DNA of 64,000 nucleotides from Candidatus Dormiibacterota bacterium (GCA_027339635.1 DAHWNZ010000006.1:6500-70499), one strand, 5' to 3'. Positions 10,663 to 20,303 are shown, numbered from the stretch's first letter. The notes: generated by a model from the sequence alone, not told the origin. Program-made: numbers and translations.

Positions 10663-11235
10663 TCAGCGGGGCAAGGGGTCGGACCCACCCGGCGGGTCCG
10701 GCATAAGGTTGTCCAGCTCCAGGGGGAAAATGAACTGGAGTACCTTGATAAGCCTGGCGCCATCCGGCCGGCTCGAGCGGTCGGTGAGCCGGCCCTGGAA
10801 GCGCAGCAACACCTGCGCCAGGTCTCTCTCGATCTGCTCCAGCTCGTCTGGGGTGACGCACAGAGCGTAGTCGCCAGTCGATGCCAGGTCCCGCCACACC
10901 TTCTGGTAGGTGGCTCTGGAGTCCCTATACGCCTGGAACCGCCTCAGATTCCTCTCGATCACGATCCGTTCCAGGGCCTCGGCCGCCAGGTTCGCACCGG
11001 GATCCTCTTCGGCCTCGACCGTCATGCCCATCGAGGGAACCCGCCAGGGTCGGTTGCGCCCCGGGGCTTTGCCCGCCTCCTCCACCAAGCCATATTTGGC
11101 CAGCTGCCGCAGGTGGAAGGAACATGTGGTCGGGCTCTCTCCCAGCCGTTCCCCCGCCTCGGTTGCCGTCATTGGCCCATCCAAAGTCAACAGCTCCATC
11201 AGGGAGATGCGCAATGGGTGCGCGAGCGCACGCAT
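10663..11235 (-). CDS. ArsR-family winged-helix transcriptional regulator
   Basis: MRALAHPLRISLMELL...CSFHLRQLAKYGLV HTH; start moved to ATG 11233-11235 because a sigma70-like -10 lies 7 nt from the ORF-track start. Confidence 0.7.
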   Translation of the reverse strand: MRALAHPLRISLMELLTLDGPMTATEAGERLGESPTTCSFHLRQLAKYGLVEEAGKAPGRNRPWRVPSMGMTVEAEEDPGANLAAEALERIVIERNLRRFQAYRDSRATYQKVWRDLASTGDYALCVTPDELEQIERDLAQVLLRFQGRLTDRSSRPDGARLIKVLQFIFPLELDNLMPDPPGGSDPLPR

Positions 11236-11304
11236 CGTCGTGGCGTCGCTCAGCCGCCGGAGGGACGCCGGGGAGCTCTGCTTGTGGGAGCTTGGCACGA
11301 GTCG

Positions 11305-11333
11305 AGAGTAACCTCTCGATAGATTGTTGTCAA
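11305..11333 (-). promoter_or_regulatory. Putative promoter of arsR-MFS operon (-35 TTGACA, 17-nt spacer, -10 TACTCT)
   Basis: Minus-strand read: TTGACA (11333-11328) ACAATCTATCGAGAGGT TACTCT (11310-11305). Confidence 0.35.
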
Positions 11334-11591
11334 CAGGTTTCTCTCAAACCATCTCGCTGGACCTGGGAGCCTAGCCAGAGTGGATCAGGCAACCACGCCC
11401 AGAGATGGGCCAGGCGCCGATGGTGATCCGGCGGGGCACAGGTGCCGGGACCGCTTTGGAAACGCGGATCCGCTCACCGGCGCCGCCGCTCGGGACCCAG
11501 CCGAGCGCCTCACAGATTCCCAACTCCGACGGCCCGAGGCGACCTGGGTCCCGCGAGCATCCCCGGAAGCTGATGTCGGTACCCGACCGGC

Positions 11592-13364
11592 TCAGTCCGG
11601 CAGTAGGCTCCTGGCCCTCAGGGCGACTCCGATGACCACTCTAGCCTCGGGATCATCCAGGGCCATCCCCAAGAGCGCCTCGATGCGCTGCACACGATAG
11701 GCCAGGGTGTTGATATGGATCCGCAACGACCTGGCGGTCGCGCTCTGATTCCAGCCATGGGAGGCCAGCCCCTCTAGAGTCGGCAGCAGAGGTGTCCGGT
11801 GGCTCTCCTGGTACCCGAGCAGGGGACCCAGGCTCTCCTCAACGAAGCGTCGCAGAACCTCTGGATCGCGCACCTCAAGCAGCAGCCGAAACGCCCCTAG
11901 CGACCGGTAGGAGGTGACTGCCGCACGTTGTTTTGCCCGATGGATGAGGCGCAGAGCCTCACGCGCCTCCTCATGCGCCCGGTGCAACCCCTGCGGCGAA
12001 CTCGTCCTGCCCCCGATTCCGACGGAGAGGGACAGGGCCTTCTCAAGACCTCCGGCCAGGGCTTGGATTCTGCGGCCCAGCTCCTCCATGGCCTCAAGGT
12101 TTCGCGTGGAACCTGTTTCCCCCGGAGGAGCGGTGGGGACCAGGAGCACAAGCGAGGTGGCCCGAACCACCAACATTGAGCCCGGAGCGACCAGGGCGCA
12201 CAGCCGCTCCAGGTCGCGCTGGAAGCGGTCCTGAAGGGGATGACCCTGCATCGCCAGCGCCGCGCGCTCGTCATCCGGCTCCAGCACGACCACCCATGCC
12301 TGCTCCGGTATCCGGTAACCCAGACGCTCGGCCGCGATGGCCAACCTCCGGATCTCCGCCGGATCCCTCTGATCCGCCAGCAATCCCTCGAGGAGGTCGC
12401 CCCTGAGGCGGCGCTCCACCTCGGCTGCCGCTCGCTCCTTCAGCAGCTCCAGAGCGATCACGGTCGCCCCGTGCTCCAGGGCGCGCCGGCGGCCCGGTGA
12501 CGCCTGGGCCAGAGACCCCTCCAGGGCCAGGACCGCCGCGAGCGCAGCCCCGGCGCGGACGGGGGTCAGGGTCATGGGCGAGCGGCCCCTCGGACCCCGC
12601 TGCTCGATCGGGGTCGAGGCTGACGAAAGCGCGGCCGGTATCGGGATCCTACGGGCAGGCAGCCCACCGCCCGCGCCGTGCTCAAAGCGAAAGCCCGCAG
12701 GGTCGTACAGCCCCACCGGGCCCTGGGCAAGGCTGGCGATGGCATCGAGGATGTTGTCCAGGCCGGCGCCCTGGAGCACGAGCTGGGTGAATCGCTCATG
12801 GACTGTCTGGGAGCGTCGGATCTCCTCAAGCTGCCCCTCCAACTGCCGTTGTAGTTCGCTGCGTTCGAGGACTCCGGCGATGGCGCCGGCGATGGCGGAG
12901 AGGAAGGCGACCTCGTCCTGCCTGAAGTCGCGGCGGGCCGAAGACTGTACGTTGAGAACCCCCACGATCCGAGGCCCGGCCTCGATGGGCACCGAAAGCA
13001 TCGAGGTGAACCGCTCCTCGTCAACTCCCTCTATCCACTTGAAGCGGGGCTCCCTGGATACCTCCGGGACCACCAGGGCTCGTCGCTCCGCGGCGACGGT
13101 TCCCGTCACCCCCTCCCCCACCCGCATGAGAAACCGCCCCACCGCCTCCTGCTGCAGGCCATTGGTCGCCGTGAGCACCAGCCCATCCTGCTCGCGGTCG
13201 TAGAGGTAGAGGGAGCAGACGTCAGCCTCCATGGCGAGGGTTGTCTCCCGGATCACCAGCTGCAGGAGATCGTCCCTCCCCATGGTCGAGGCGGCGGTGA
13301 CCGAGAGGCGCTGCAGGAACAGGAGCTCCCGAAGTTGGCGGTCCGGGGGCGTGGATGCCTGCAC
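11592..13364 (-). CDS. GAF-domain / PucR-family (CdaR-like) transcriptional regulator
   Basis: N-terminal GAF-like region; C-terminal PucR HTH (SLRIHINTLAYRVQRIEALLGMALDDPEARV). Confidence 0.8.
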   Translation of the reverse strand: MQASTPPDRQLRELLFLQRLSVTAASTMGRDDLLQLVIRETTLAMEADVCSLYLYDREQDGLVLTATNGLQQEAVGRFLMRVGEGVTGTVAAERRALVVPEVSREPRFKWIEGVDEERFTSMLSVPIEAGPRIVGVLNVQSSARRDFRQDEVAFLSAIAGAIAGVLERSELQRQLEGQLEEIRRSQTVHERFTQLVLQGAGLDNILDAIASLAQGPVGLYDPAGFRFEHGAGGGLPARRIPIPAALSSASTPIEQRGPRGRSPMTLTPVRAGAALAAVLALEGSLAQASPGRRRALEHGATVIALELLKERAAAEVERRLRGDLLEGLLADQRDPAEIRRLAIAAERLGYRIPEQAWVVVLEPDDERAALAMQGHPLQDRFQRDLERLCALVAPGSMLVVRATSLVLLVPTAPPGETGSTRNLEAMEELGRRIQALAGGLEKALSLSVGIGGRTSSPQGLHRAHEEAREALRLIHRAKQRAAVTSYRSLGAFRLLLEVRDPEVLRRFVEESLGPLLGYQESHRTPLLPTLEGLASHGWNQSATARSLRIHINTLAYRVQRIEALLGMALDDPEARVVIGVALRARSLLPD

Positions 13365-13886
13365 TCAGCGGGTCCCTTCGGTGCCCCCGCCGGGGCGCCG
13401 GACGGCTCCCGAGCGGCCTCCGCTCTTGGACTCCATCCGGACTCCACCGATCTCCGCCCAGGGGTCAAGGCTCTTGACCATGTCGATCACGGTGAGCCCA
13501 GCGACGGCGATGGCGGTGAGTGCCTCCATCTCGACTCCCGTCGCGTCCCGGCAGCGGACCGTGGCTCGCAGGAGCACGCGCTGAGTGGCACGGTCAAGGT
13601 CAGCGTCGACCGCGATGTGGCTGATCGCGATCGGGTGGCAGAGCGGAATCAGGTCATGGGTACGCTTCGCCGCCATGATGCCCGCCACCCGGCAGATCTC
13701 GAGCACGTCACCCTTGGTCACCTCCCCATCGGAGATGGCTCCGCACGCGCTCGCGCTGAGCTGCACGAAGCCGGACGCCGTCGCCTGTCTGTCGGAGACC
13801 GCGCGCTCCCCGACATCCACCATCCGCACCCTGCCGGCACGGTCAAGGTGCGAGAGCCGAGCCTGGTCGCCCCGATCCGTGCTCAC
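13365..13886 (-). CDS. moaC: Cyclic pyranopterin monophosphate synthase accessory protein MoaC
   Basis: LSHLDRAGRVRMVDVGERAV...GDVLEICRVAGIMAAKRTHDLIPLCHP; GTG start 13886 overlaps upstream stop (GTGA). Confidence 0.8.
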   Translation of the reverse strand: MSTDRGDQARLSHLDRAGRVRMVDVGERAVSDRQATASGFVQLSASACGAISDGEVTKGDVLEICRVAGIMAAKRTHDLIPLCHPIAISHIAVDADLDRATQRVLLRATVRCRDATGVEMEALTAIAVAGLTVIDMVKSLDPWAEIGGVRMESKSGGRSGAVRRPGGGTEGTR

Positions 13887-14512
13887 GCCGCCGCCGCACA
13901 GGAGGCCGCAGCCTTGGGATCGGACGCTGAAGAGTAGAGGATCCCTATCGTCAGCGAATCTGGGGCCGCTGCGGAACAGGCGAAGCGGAGGTCTCGCCCG
14001 GGAGCGATCAGGGCGAGGTTGAAGGCCGGACGCAGGCCATGGGAGATGAGCTGGGGGAGCAGCTGGGGCAGGCCGAGCTGCCCCACCCACAGCCCGTGAA
14101 AAGTCAAATCGACTATTGAGCCGCCGCCGGAGTTCAGGGTCACCGGCCCGCTTATCACCAGCGGATGGGACAGGACTGCCGTCTGTCCACTCACGACCAC
14201 CTCGCCTCGTTCGATGTGAACCTGAAGATCCGCCAGGCCGACATACCCGCCCAGGGATTGCTGCAGCAGGGCCGTGGCCTCCTGGTCGTCAATCTGCACC
14301 AGGGCGACGGGGGTTTGCGTCGCCAGCGCCTGTTCGATCCCGCGCGCCGCCGACAGCTGCACCGTCGCCGCCGAAGCCGGGGACACCTGCTGGTAGGCCG
14401 GGGGAGTCGTCATCAGGTGCACCCCGTAGGCGATCGCGGCCGCGACTATCAGCACCGGCACCAGGCAACCGAGACAACTCATGGTGCAGCTGCGGCGCAC
14501 CATCCGCAGCAC
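13883..14512 (-). CDS. Membrane-anchored hypothetical protein (possibly DUF2993/LmeA-like)
   Basis: N-terminal TM helix then soluble beta-rich domain; family assignment from memory only. Confidence 0.5.
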   Translation of the reverse strand: MLRMVRRSCTMSCLGCLVPVLIVAAAIAYGVHLMTTPPAYQQVSPASAATVQLSAARGIEQALATQTPVALVQIDDQEATALLQQSLGGYVGLADLQVHIERGEVVVSGQTAVLSHPLVISGPVTLNSGGGSIVDLTFHGLWVGQLGLPQLLPQLISHGLRPAFNLALIAPGRDLRFACSAAAPDSLTIGILYSSASDPKAAASCAAAA

Positions 14513-14513
14513 C

Positions 14514-15032
14514 TCAGATCACCTCGGCGACGCCGCTGCGCCAGGCGCGCACGGCCATGCGGTGCGACGAGAAAGCGAGCTCGGGCAGCTCGTCGCTGCC
14601 AAACCAGCCCAGTTCCGGCGCCTCCTCCGTCGGGGCGGGCGTGCCTCCCACGAACGGCCCCCCGTAGGCGAGAACCAAGAGCCCGCCCTCAGAGGTCATC
14701 ACGTGGTGGATGCAGGCCAGCCGTTCGATCTCCACAAGGCAGTTCGTCTCCTCGAGGCATTCCCGTCTGGCCCCGTCGGCGGGGGTCTCACCAGCATCCA
14801 GGTACCCCCCCGGCAGGGCCCACTGCCCGAGCCCCGGGGCTATCCCCCGACGGATGGCGAGCAAACGCCCCTCTTCATCCTCGACGACCACCGCGACGGC
14901 CACCTTGGGATCGGGCCACGCGACGAATTCGCACGCCGGGCACGCCGGCAATCCGCGACCCTCCAGAAGCCGCTCCACCAGGCGCGCTCCACAGCCGGGG
15001 CAGAAGCGATACTCGACCCTCATTGGTCCCAC
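14514..15032 (-). CDS. NUDIX hydrolase with N-terminal C4 zinc ribbon
   Basis: CPGCG...CPAC ribbon; Nudix box GGYLDAGETPADGARRECLEETN. Confidence 0.8.
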   Translation of the reverse strand: MGPMRVEYRFCPGCGARLVERLLEGRGLPACPACEFVAWPDPKVAVAVVVEDEEGRLLAIRRGIAPGLGQWALPGGYLDAGETPADGARRECLEETNCLVEIERLACIHHVMTSEGGLLVLAYGGPFVGGTPAPTEEAPELGWFGSDELPELAFSSHRMAVRAWRSGVAEVI

Positions 15033-15312
15033 ACAATGCGCAGGATTTTGACCTCGCGGGAGAACCCCGCCAGCGCCCTGACGCGCGCGGCCACATAACG
15101 ACCGTCCCCTGGGCGCAGCAAGATTGCGCCCTCTGAACTCTCGGGAACGACCCGCCCGGGGCCCCGGCGGTGGACCGTGATCGGTTCGGCTAGGCGCTGG
15201 CGCAGGAAATCCGCGAAGTCCGCGTCCTCGGACTCCACGTGACCGTCCTCCCGGACGACCGCGACCCTGCCATCTCGCTCGAGCTCCCAGCCCAGCACGT
15301 CGGTTCTCTGGG
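15020..15312 (-). CDS. Hypothetical small protein between dinB and the Nudix gene (start uncertain)
   Basis: ORF overlaps Nudix start by 13 nt; must start below dinB stop (15357); TTG at 15310-15312 is the first candidate. Confidence 0.3.
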
Positions 15313-15356
15313 TCAAAGCCCCTCGATGATACGGCCCCCAGAGCCGAGGACCCGGC

Positions 15357-16595
15357 TCAGGAGGGCCGAAGCTGGCCCAGGTGATCGCTATTCCAATCGG
15401 GCGAGTCCTCCAGGGCCGCGGTCCCCCGCGCGATGGCAGACCCGCCAAAGCGTCGCCGGAGCTCGTCCATGGCTCGGTCCACCCGCTCCGAGCGGCGCTC
15501 CACTTGGTCGAACAGCCCCATCTGCGAATCGAGCCGCGCCAGCTGCTCCACCCCTACTCCCAGCAGCCTCACCGGCCGCCCGGCTGGGACGGTGGCCCTC
15601 AGCAGCGGCCGCGCGGCCCGGAAGATTTCGACGTCGGCGCAGGTGGGCTGGCCCAGGGGACCCCTTCTAGCGACGGTCTCGAAGTCCGCGAACCGGACCT
15701 TGATGGCAACCGTCGCGGCGGTGAGACCGTTGGTCCGGAGGCGGCTTCCGACGCCCGCCGCTAGCAAACGGAGCCTCTCCTCAAGGATGGCCTCGTCCGC
15801 CACGTCCTCATCGAAGGTCGTCTCCCTGCTGATCGATTTGGGCGCCGTGGGCACCACCACCGGAGCGGGGTCCACTCCCCGCGCGCGCGCCCTCAAGCCC
15901 TCGCCACCCGGGCCCAGAACCTCGACCAGAAGAGAGGTCGGGGCCGCGGCCAGTGCCCCCAGGGTGTGGATCCCCAAGAGACGCAGGCGTTCGGTGGTCT
16001 TGGGCCCAGCCCCGGGCAGGCGTGCCACCGGCAGCGGAGCCAGAAAGCGCTCTTCGTCGCCTGGATGGACTACCACCAGGCCGCGCGGCTTACGCAGGTC
16101 CGAGGCTATCTTGGCGACGGTCTTGGAGGTGGCCACGCCCACCGAGGCGGGGAGGCTTAGCTCGCTAGCTATCCTGCCCTGGATCTCGCGGGCAATGTCC
16201 GGGCCGCTCCCGTGGAGGAGTTCGCAGCCACTCACGTCCAGAAAGGCCTCGTCCAGAGAGCCCGGCTCCACCAGCGGCGTGTAGTCGGAAAAGATGCCGA
16301 AAACCTCCTTGGAGACCGCCGCATAGTGCCCGATGTCAACCGGCAGCACGATCAACTCAGGACAGCGGCGGAAGGCCTCGGACAGGGACACGGCCGAGCG
16401 CACTCCCCGTGGCCTGGCCTCGTAGGAAGCGGCGGCGACCACGCCACGGCCGGGGCGCCGCCTCTCTCCGGGGTGGGACTCGACGCCTCCTCCGACCGCC
16501 AGCGGTCGACCGGCCAGCTCTGGCCGCCGCCTCAGCTCGCAGGAAGCGAAGAAAGCGTCCAGATCAACGTGGAGGATGGTGCGCGGGTACGGCAA
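15357..16595 (-). CDS. dinB: DNA polymerase IV (Y-family)
   Basis: MPYPRTILHVDLDAFFASCE N-terminus; 412 aa. Confidence 0.9.
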   Translation of the reverse strand: MPYPRTILHVDLDAFFASCELRRRPELAGRPLAVGGGVESHPGERRRPGRGVVAAASYEARPRGVRSAVSLSEAFRRCPELIVLPVDIGHYAAVSKEVFGIFSDYTPLVEPGSLDEAFLDVSGCELLHGSGPDIAREIQGRIASELSLPASVGVATSKTVAKIASDLRKPRGLVVVHPGDEERFLAPLPVARLPGAGPKTTERLRLLGIHTLGALAAAPTSLLVEVLGPGGEGLRARARGVDPAPVVVPTAPKSISRETTFDEDVADEAILEERLRLLAAGVGSRLRTNGLTAATVAIKVRFADFETVARRGPLGQPTCADVEIFRAARPLLRATVPAGRPVRLLGVGVEQLARLDSQMGLFDQVERRSERVDRAMDELRRRFGGSAIARGTAALEDSPDWNSDHLGQLRPS

Positions 16596-16613
16596 CGGCG
16601 ATTCCTCAACGCT

Positions 16614-18404
16614 TCAGCTGGGATCCCCCAGGGTGGCGGAAATCAGCTGCTCCACCGGCTCCATCCTATGCCTCAGGGATGCCTCGAGCTCCGCCGCCAG
16701 GAGCCCCAGTTCCTCCCGGATTGCCCCTAGCGCATGCTCTCGGGTCACGACGAACGGCTCGCCTGAGCGCCGCTTCAATTCGACCCCTCCGGCATCCAGG
16801 GAGCGCGGGGAGATGGTCACCCGAAGCGGCATGCCGCGCAGGTCGGCGTCGGCGAACTTCACCCCGGGGCTGATATCCCGATCGTCATAGAGAACCTCGA
16901 TGCCGAAGGCCACCATCTCCTCATAGAGGGCGTCGGCCGCGGCCCGGACATCCTCACGGCCTCCGACCGCCACCAGGGCGACCGCGAAGGGGGCGAGAGA
17001 GATGGGCAGGGCCAGGCCACGCTCGTCGTGGTGTTCCTCAGCCGCGCAGGCCAGCATCCTTCCCAGGCCTATCCCATAGGAGCCCATGACGACCAGGCGC
17101 TCGCGCCCCTCCTCATCGGCATAGGTCGCGCCCATTGCCCGGCTGTAATCGGTACCGAGCTGAAAGATATTGCCGAACTCTATCCCGCGACGCAACTGCA
17201 GCTTTCCAGGGCAATTTGGGCAGGGCTCGCCGTCCTGGGCAGAGGCCAGCCTGGCAAGGCGCGCGTCCGCCGCGTCGCGGAGGAGGTTGAAGTTACGAAC
17301 ATGCCAGCCGGGACGGTTGGCACCAGTGACCAGATTGCGTCGCCTGGCAAGGACCTCGTCCGCGACCACCGTCACCCCCTGCAGGCCCAGTGGAGACATG
17401 TATCCGGGTACCCCGCCGGAAGCGGCGATCTCCTCGGCCGTGGCCGGGCGCAGCTCCAGGGCCGAGGTGGCGTTGCGCAACTTCGCCAGGTTGACCTCGG
17501 AGTTACCCGGCACCAGCGCCAGGACCAGCTCGCCCTCCTGGTCACGGGCCCGCTGGACCCAGTAGGCGACACTCTTTGAGATCCGCTCCGGGGCGATCTC
17601 GAGGAGTCGCGACACGTCGGCCACAGTCGTGGCCGATGGGGTCTCGACCTCCTCCAGCGGCAGCTCCGGCTCGGTCTCCGGCTCTGGCAGGCGGGGTTCA
17701 GCCACCTCCTGGTTGGCGGCGTAGCCACAGTCCGCACAGAAGATCAGGGTGTCCTCGCCGACGTCTGACAGATACATGAACTCATGGGCCATCCGACCCC
17801 CCATCATGCCCACGTCTGAGAGCACGGCCGCCACCGGCAATCCCGCCCTTGAGGCGATGCGGAAGTAGGCCCGGAAGTGGAGGCGGTAAGCCCTGCCGAG
17901 GCCTTCCTCGTCCCGATCCAGGGAGTAGGCGTCCTTCATCACGAACTCTCTGGTTCGGATCAACCCGCCGCGAGAGCGGGGCTCGTCGCGGAACTTGGTC
18001 TGAATCTGATAGACGATGCGCGGCAGGTCTCGGTACGACGAGACCTGGGAAGCGGTCAGGTCGGCCACCACCTCCTCATGGGTCATCGCGAGCGCCATGT
18101 CCCGCCCGCGACGATCCTGGAAGCGGACCAGGGTGGCATCCACCTTGTCCCAGCGCCCGCTGCGCCGCCAGATCTCGCCCGGATGGACCACAGGCATGGA
18201 GATCTCCTGCCCCCCGATCGCATCCATCTCCTGGCGCAGGATGGTCCTGATCTTCTCCATGGACCGTGCCCCGAGGGGCAGCAGGCTGAATATGCCCGCC
18301 GCCAGCTGCTGTATGTATCCCGCCCGCAGAAGCAGCTGATGGGAGACGAGCTCTCCCTCAGGGGCAGAGCGCAAGGTGGTGCCGAACATCTGAGTGACGC
18401 GCAT
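16614..18404 (-). CDS. proS: Proline--tRNA ligase (bacterial type with editing domain)
   Basis: Class II aaRS motifs; start placed at ATG 18402-18404 (MRVTQMFGTT); 68-aa ORF-track N-extension rejected. Confidence 0.9.
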   Translation of the reverse strand: MRVTQMFGTTLRSAPEGELVSHQLLLRAGYIQQLAAGIFSLLPLGARSMEKIRTILRQEMDAIGGQEISMPVVHPGEIWRRSGRWDKVDATLVRFQDRRGRDMALAMTHEEVVADLTASQVSSYRDLPRIVYQIQTKFRDEPRSRGGLIRTREFVMKDAYSLDRDEEGLGRAYRLHFRAYFRIASRAGLPVAAVLSDVGMMGGRMAHEFMYLSDVGEDTLIFCADCGYAANQEVAEPRLPEPETEPELPLEEVETPSATTVADVSRLLEIAPERISKSVAYWVQRARDQEGELVLALVPGNSEVNLAKLRNATSALELRPATAEEIAASGGVPGYMSPLGLQGVTVVADEVLARRRNLVTGANRPGWHVRNFNLLRDAADARLARLASAQDGEPCPNCPGKLQLRRGIEFGNIFQLGTDYSRAMGATYADEEGRERLVVMGSYGIGLGRMLACAAEEHHDERGLALPISLAPFAVALVAVGGREDVRAAADALYEEMVAFGIEVLYDDRDISPGVKFADADLRGMPLRVTISPRSLDAGGVELKRRSGEPFVVTREHALGAIREELGLLAAELEASLRHRMEPVEQLISATLGDPS

Positions 18405-18445
18405 GGAGCACAAGTGTACGAGCGCCGTCCGCCGTCCTGGGAGCG

Positions 18446-19183
18446 CTACGCCCGACTCGCCTCCACCAGCCGGGGAAGCTCCTCCCAGGTGCCCAGTTGG
18501 GGCTGGTACGACCCGGGGGGCAGGGCTCCCGGGGCAGCGATCGCGGTCATACCCATCGCGGTCGCTCCCTTGAGATCCGCCTCCATCTCGTCGCCAACGA
18601 ACCAGCACCTGGAGGCCGCCACCCCGAGCTGAGACAGCAGCGCTCGAAACACCTCCGGTGAGGGCTTGCGCCAGCCCACCTCACTGCTCAGGACGATCGT
18701 GTCGAAGCTTTGGGCGAGCCCCTGGCGCTCAAACATCGCACGCATAGTCTTGGCCGGATACGGAGCGTTCGACAGCATGCCCAGGCGGAGTCCCTGGCGC
18801 CTCAGCAGGGGCAGGGTGGCGACCGCCCCTCGGTCCGCCTCCACCGATCCTCCCCATGCCCCCTGCAGGACCTCGCAGGCCAGCTCCACCTGGCTCTCGC
18901 GAATGGTCTTGCCCAGCAGCCCGCGCAGCACCTGGCCGTAGATGTCGAGGATCTGCACCTCGTGCCTGGGGTCCCGGTTGTGAGCCTCATCCACGAGCCG
19001 GTCCACCTCCTCCTCGACCCGGTTGCCGAAATCGCTCTCCGGTACTGGGAGGTGGCTACTGTCCACCTCAAGCAACGTCAGCACGGCCTGGCCGGCCGCG
19101 ACCAGAGCGCCGCCTGGATGCACGATCCTGGCGAGTGTCCTCCCGTAGTCGAAGCCGATGGCGTCCGGCGCCGGGAGGGTCAA
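18446..19183 (-). CDS. HAD-family hydrolase (haloacid-dehalogenase-like, DxYG nucleophile motif)
   Basis: IGFDYGRTL motif I; WFVGDEMEADLKGA motif IV. Confidence 0.7.
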   Translation of the reverse strand: MTLPAPDAIGFDYGRTLARIVHPGGALVAAGQAVLTLLEVDSSHLPVPESDFGNRVEEEVDRLVDEAHNRDPRHEVQILDIYGQVLRGLLGKTIRESQVELACEVLQGAWGGSVEADRGAVATLPLLRRQGLRLGMLSNAPYPAKTMRAMFERQGLAQSFDTIVLSSEVGWRKPSPEVFRALLSQLGVAASRCWFVGDEMEADLKGATAMGMTAIAAPGALPPGSYQPQLGTWEELPRLVEASRA

Positions 19184-19683
19184 GTCGCGGGGACTCCTCC
19201 GCCCGCGCCCCCTCTCGGCCGCCGCCGTCGCCGCCGTCGCTTAGCCCCGCCCGGTGCCGGGGCGGTCCCGTTGGTGGCGGGGGCCGCCGGGACCGGGGCT
19301 GCCTTGAGGCGGCGTGGCTGCGGGCTTTTGAGCTGCGGCGCCACCGGGGACGTCTGTCGCGCCGGCCCCTGGCCGCGACGGCGTCTGCGTCTGGGGCGGG
19401 CTGGCCCGGGCGAGGAGAAGTGAGCCAGAAGTTGCTCCTGGCGCCCAGGATCCCAGCTGGGCGTGGGCAGCTCTCCATAGTCGCTGAGTCGCAACTCCAG
19501 CTCGGCCATGAACTCGGCCAGCGGCCTCTTGTCCTTGGAGGCGTTGGAGATCTGCTTCTCCGCCCAGGGCTGATAGTGGACCGACTCAGGGTTGAGGAAC
19601 TCCGGCAGAGCTCCGGGGTCACTCCCAGCGGGGCCCGGGGCGGGCTCACCCGCTGCCTCAGTCGGAGGATCGGCTTCGGCCAT
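19180..19683 (-). CDS. Hypothetical protein with poly-Arg C-terminal tail
   Basis: Stop overlaps HAD start; conserved-looking N-domain (FLNPESVHYQPWAEKQI...FMAELELRLSDYGEL) followed by RRRRRR stretches. Confidence 0.45.
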   Translation of the reverse strand: MAEADPPTEAAGEPAPGPAGSDPGALPEFLNPESVHYQPWAEKQISNASKDKRPLAEFMAELELRLSDYGELPTPSWDPGRQEQLLAHFSSPGPARPRRRRRRGQGPARQTSPVAPQLKSPQPRRLKAAPVPAAPATNGTAPAPGGAKRRRRRRRPRGGAGGGVPAT

Positions 19684-19754
19684 CGCCTGAGTATATGTCC
19701 ACTCTCATTCCAACCCTGGATGCGCGGCCGCCGACTCGGGCCCCGATCGCGGGG

Positions 19755-20303
19755 TCAGGCCGGCGCCCCGGAGGGCGGGGCCATGGGTCGGAACAGAACC
19801 CGCTGGTAGAGGCCGAACTTCAAGACCCAAAGCACCGCGTAGGTACCCAGGTAGGCGAGGCCGACAAGCGCGGTGCGCCCGGGACCCTGGCCCGCGATGT
19901 GGGCCGCCGCCTCGCTGGTGACCCAAGTCGAGGCCAGGAGCCCGAGGATCGTTATGCCCCAGTAGAACACGAACTGTCTGCCCGGACGGCGCCTGTCAGC
20001 CTCCGCCCAGATCCAGTAGCGGCTTAGGAGGTATGAAAGCATCCCGCCCACTACGGTCGCGGCCACCGCTGCCTCGGCCGCCGTCGCCAGGTGGAACCCG
20101 AACAGGGCCAGCAACACCAGCTCGCTGGCGACTGTGGAGGCGACCGAGGTCCCCGCATACCGCAGCACCCGACCGAGCAGGGGCGAGTGCTCGGACCTGG
20201 TTGGCTTGAGCCGGCTCATGTCGGGGAGCGAGCTGACGGGCAAGCCCCTCTCAGATCCTTCTGAACCCGCCTCCAGCGGGGGCGCCATCTCTTGAACGGT
20301 CAC
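19755..20303 (-). CDS. GtrA-family membrane protein
   Basis: 4-TM GtrA-like pattern (RYAGTSVASTVASELVLLALF...); 4-nt overlap with upstream ABC ATPase. Confidence 0.65.
   Translation of the reverse strand: MTVQEMAPPLEAGSEGSERGLPVSSLPDMSRLKPTRSEHSPLLGRVLRYAGTSVASTVASELVLLALFGFHLATAAEAAVAATVVGGMLSYLLSRYWIWAEADRRRPGRQFVFYWGITILGLLASTWVTSEAAAHIAGQGPGRTALVGLAYLGTYAVLWVLKFGLYQRVLFRPMAPPSGAPA

Noticed and set aside
11380-11700. 106-aa plus-strand ORF in the PucR-arsR intergenic region
   Set aside because: Low-complexity Pro/Arg/Gly translation overlapping the 3' end of the PucR gene on the other strand. The region is better explained as the terminator/promoter spacer for arsR.
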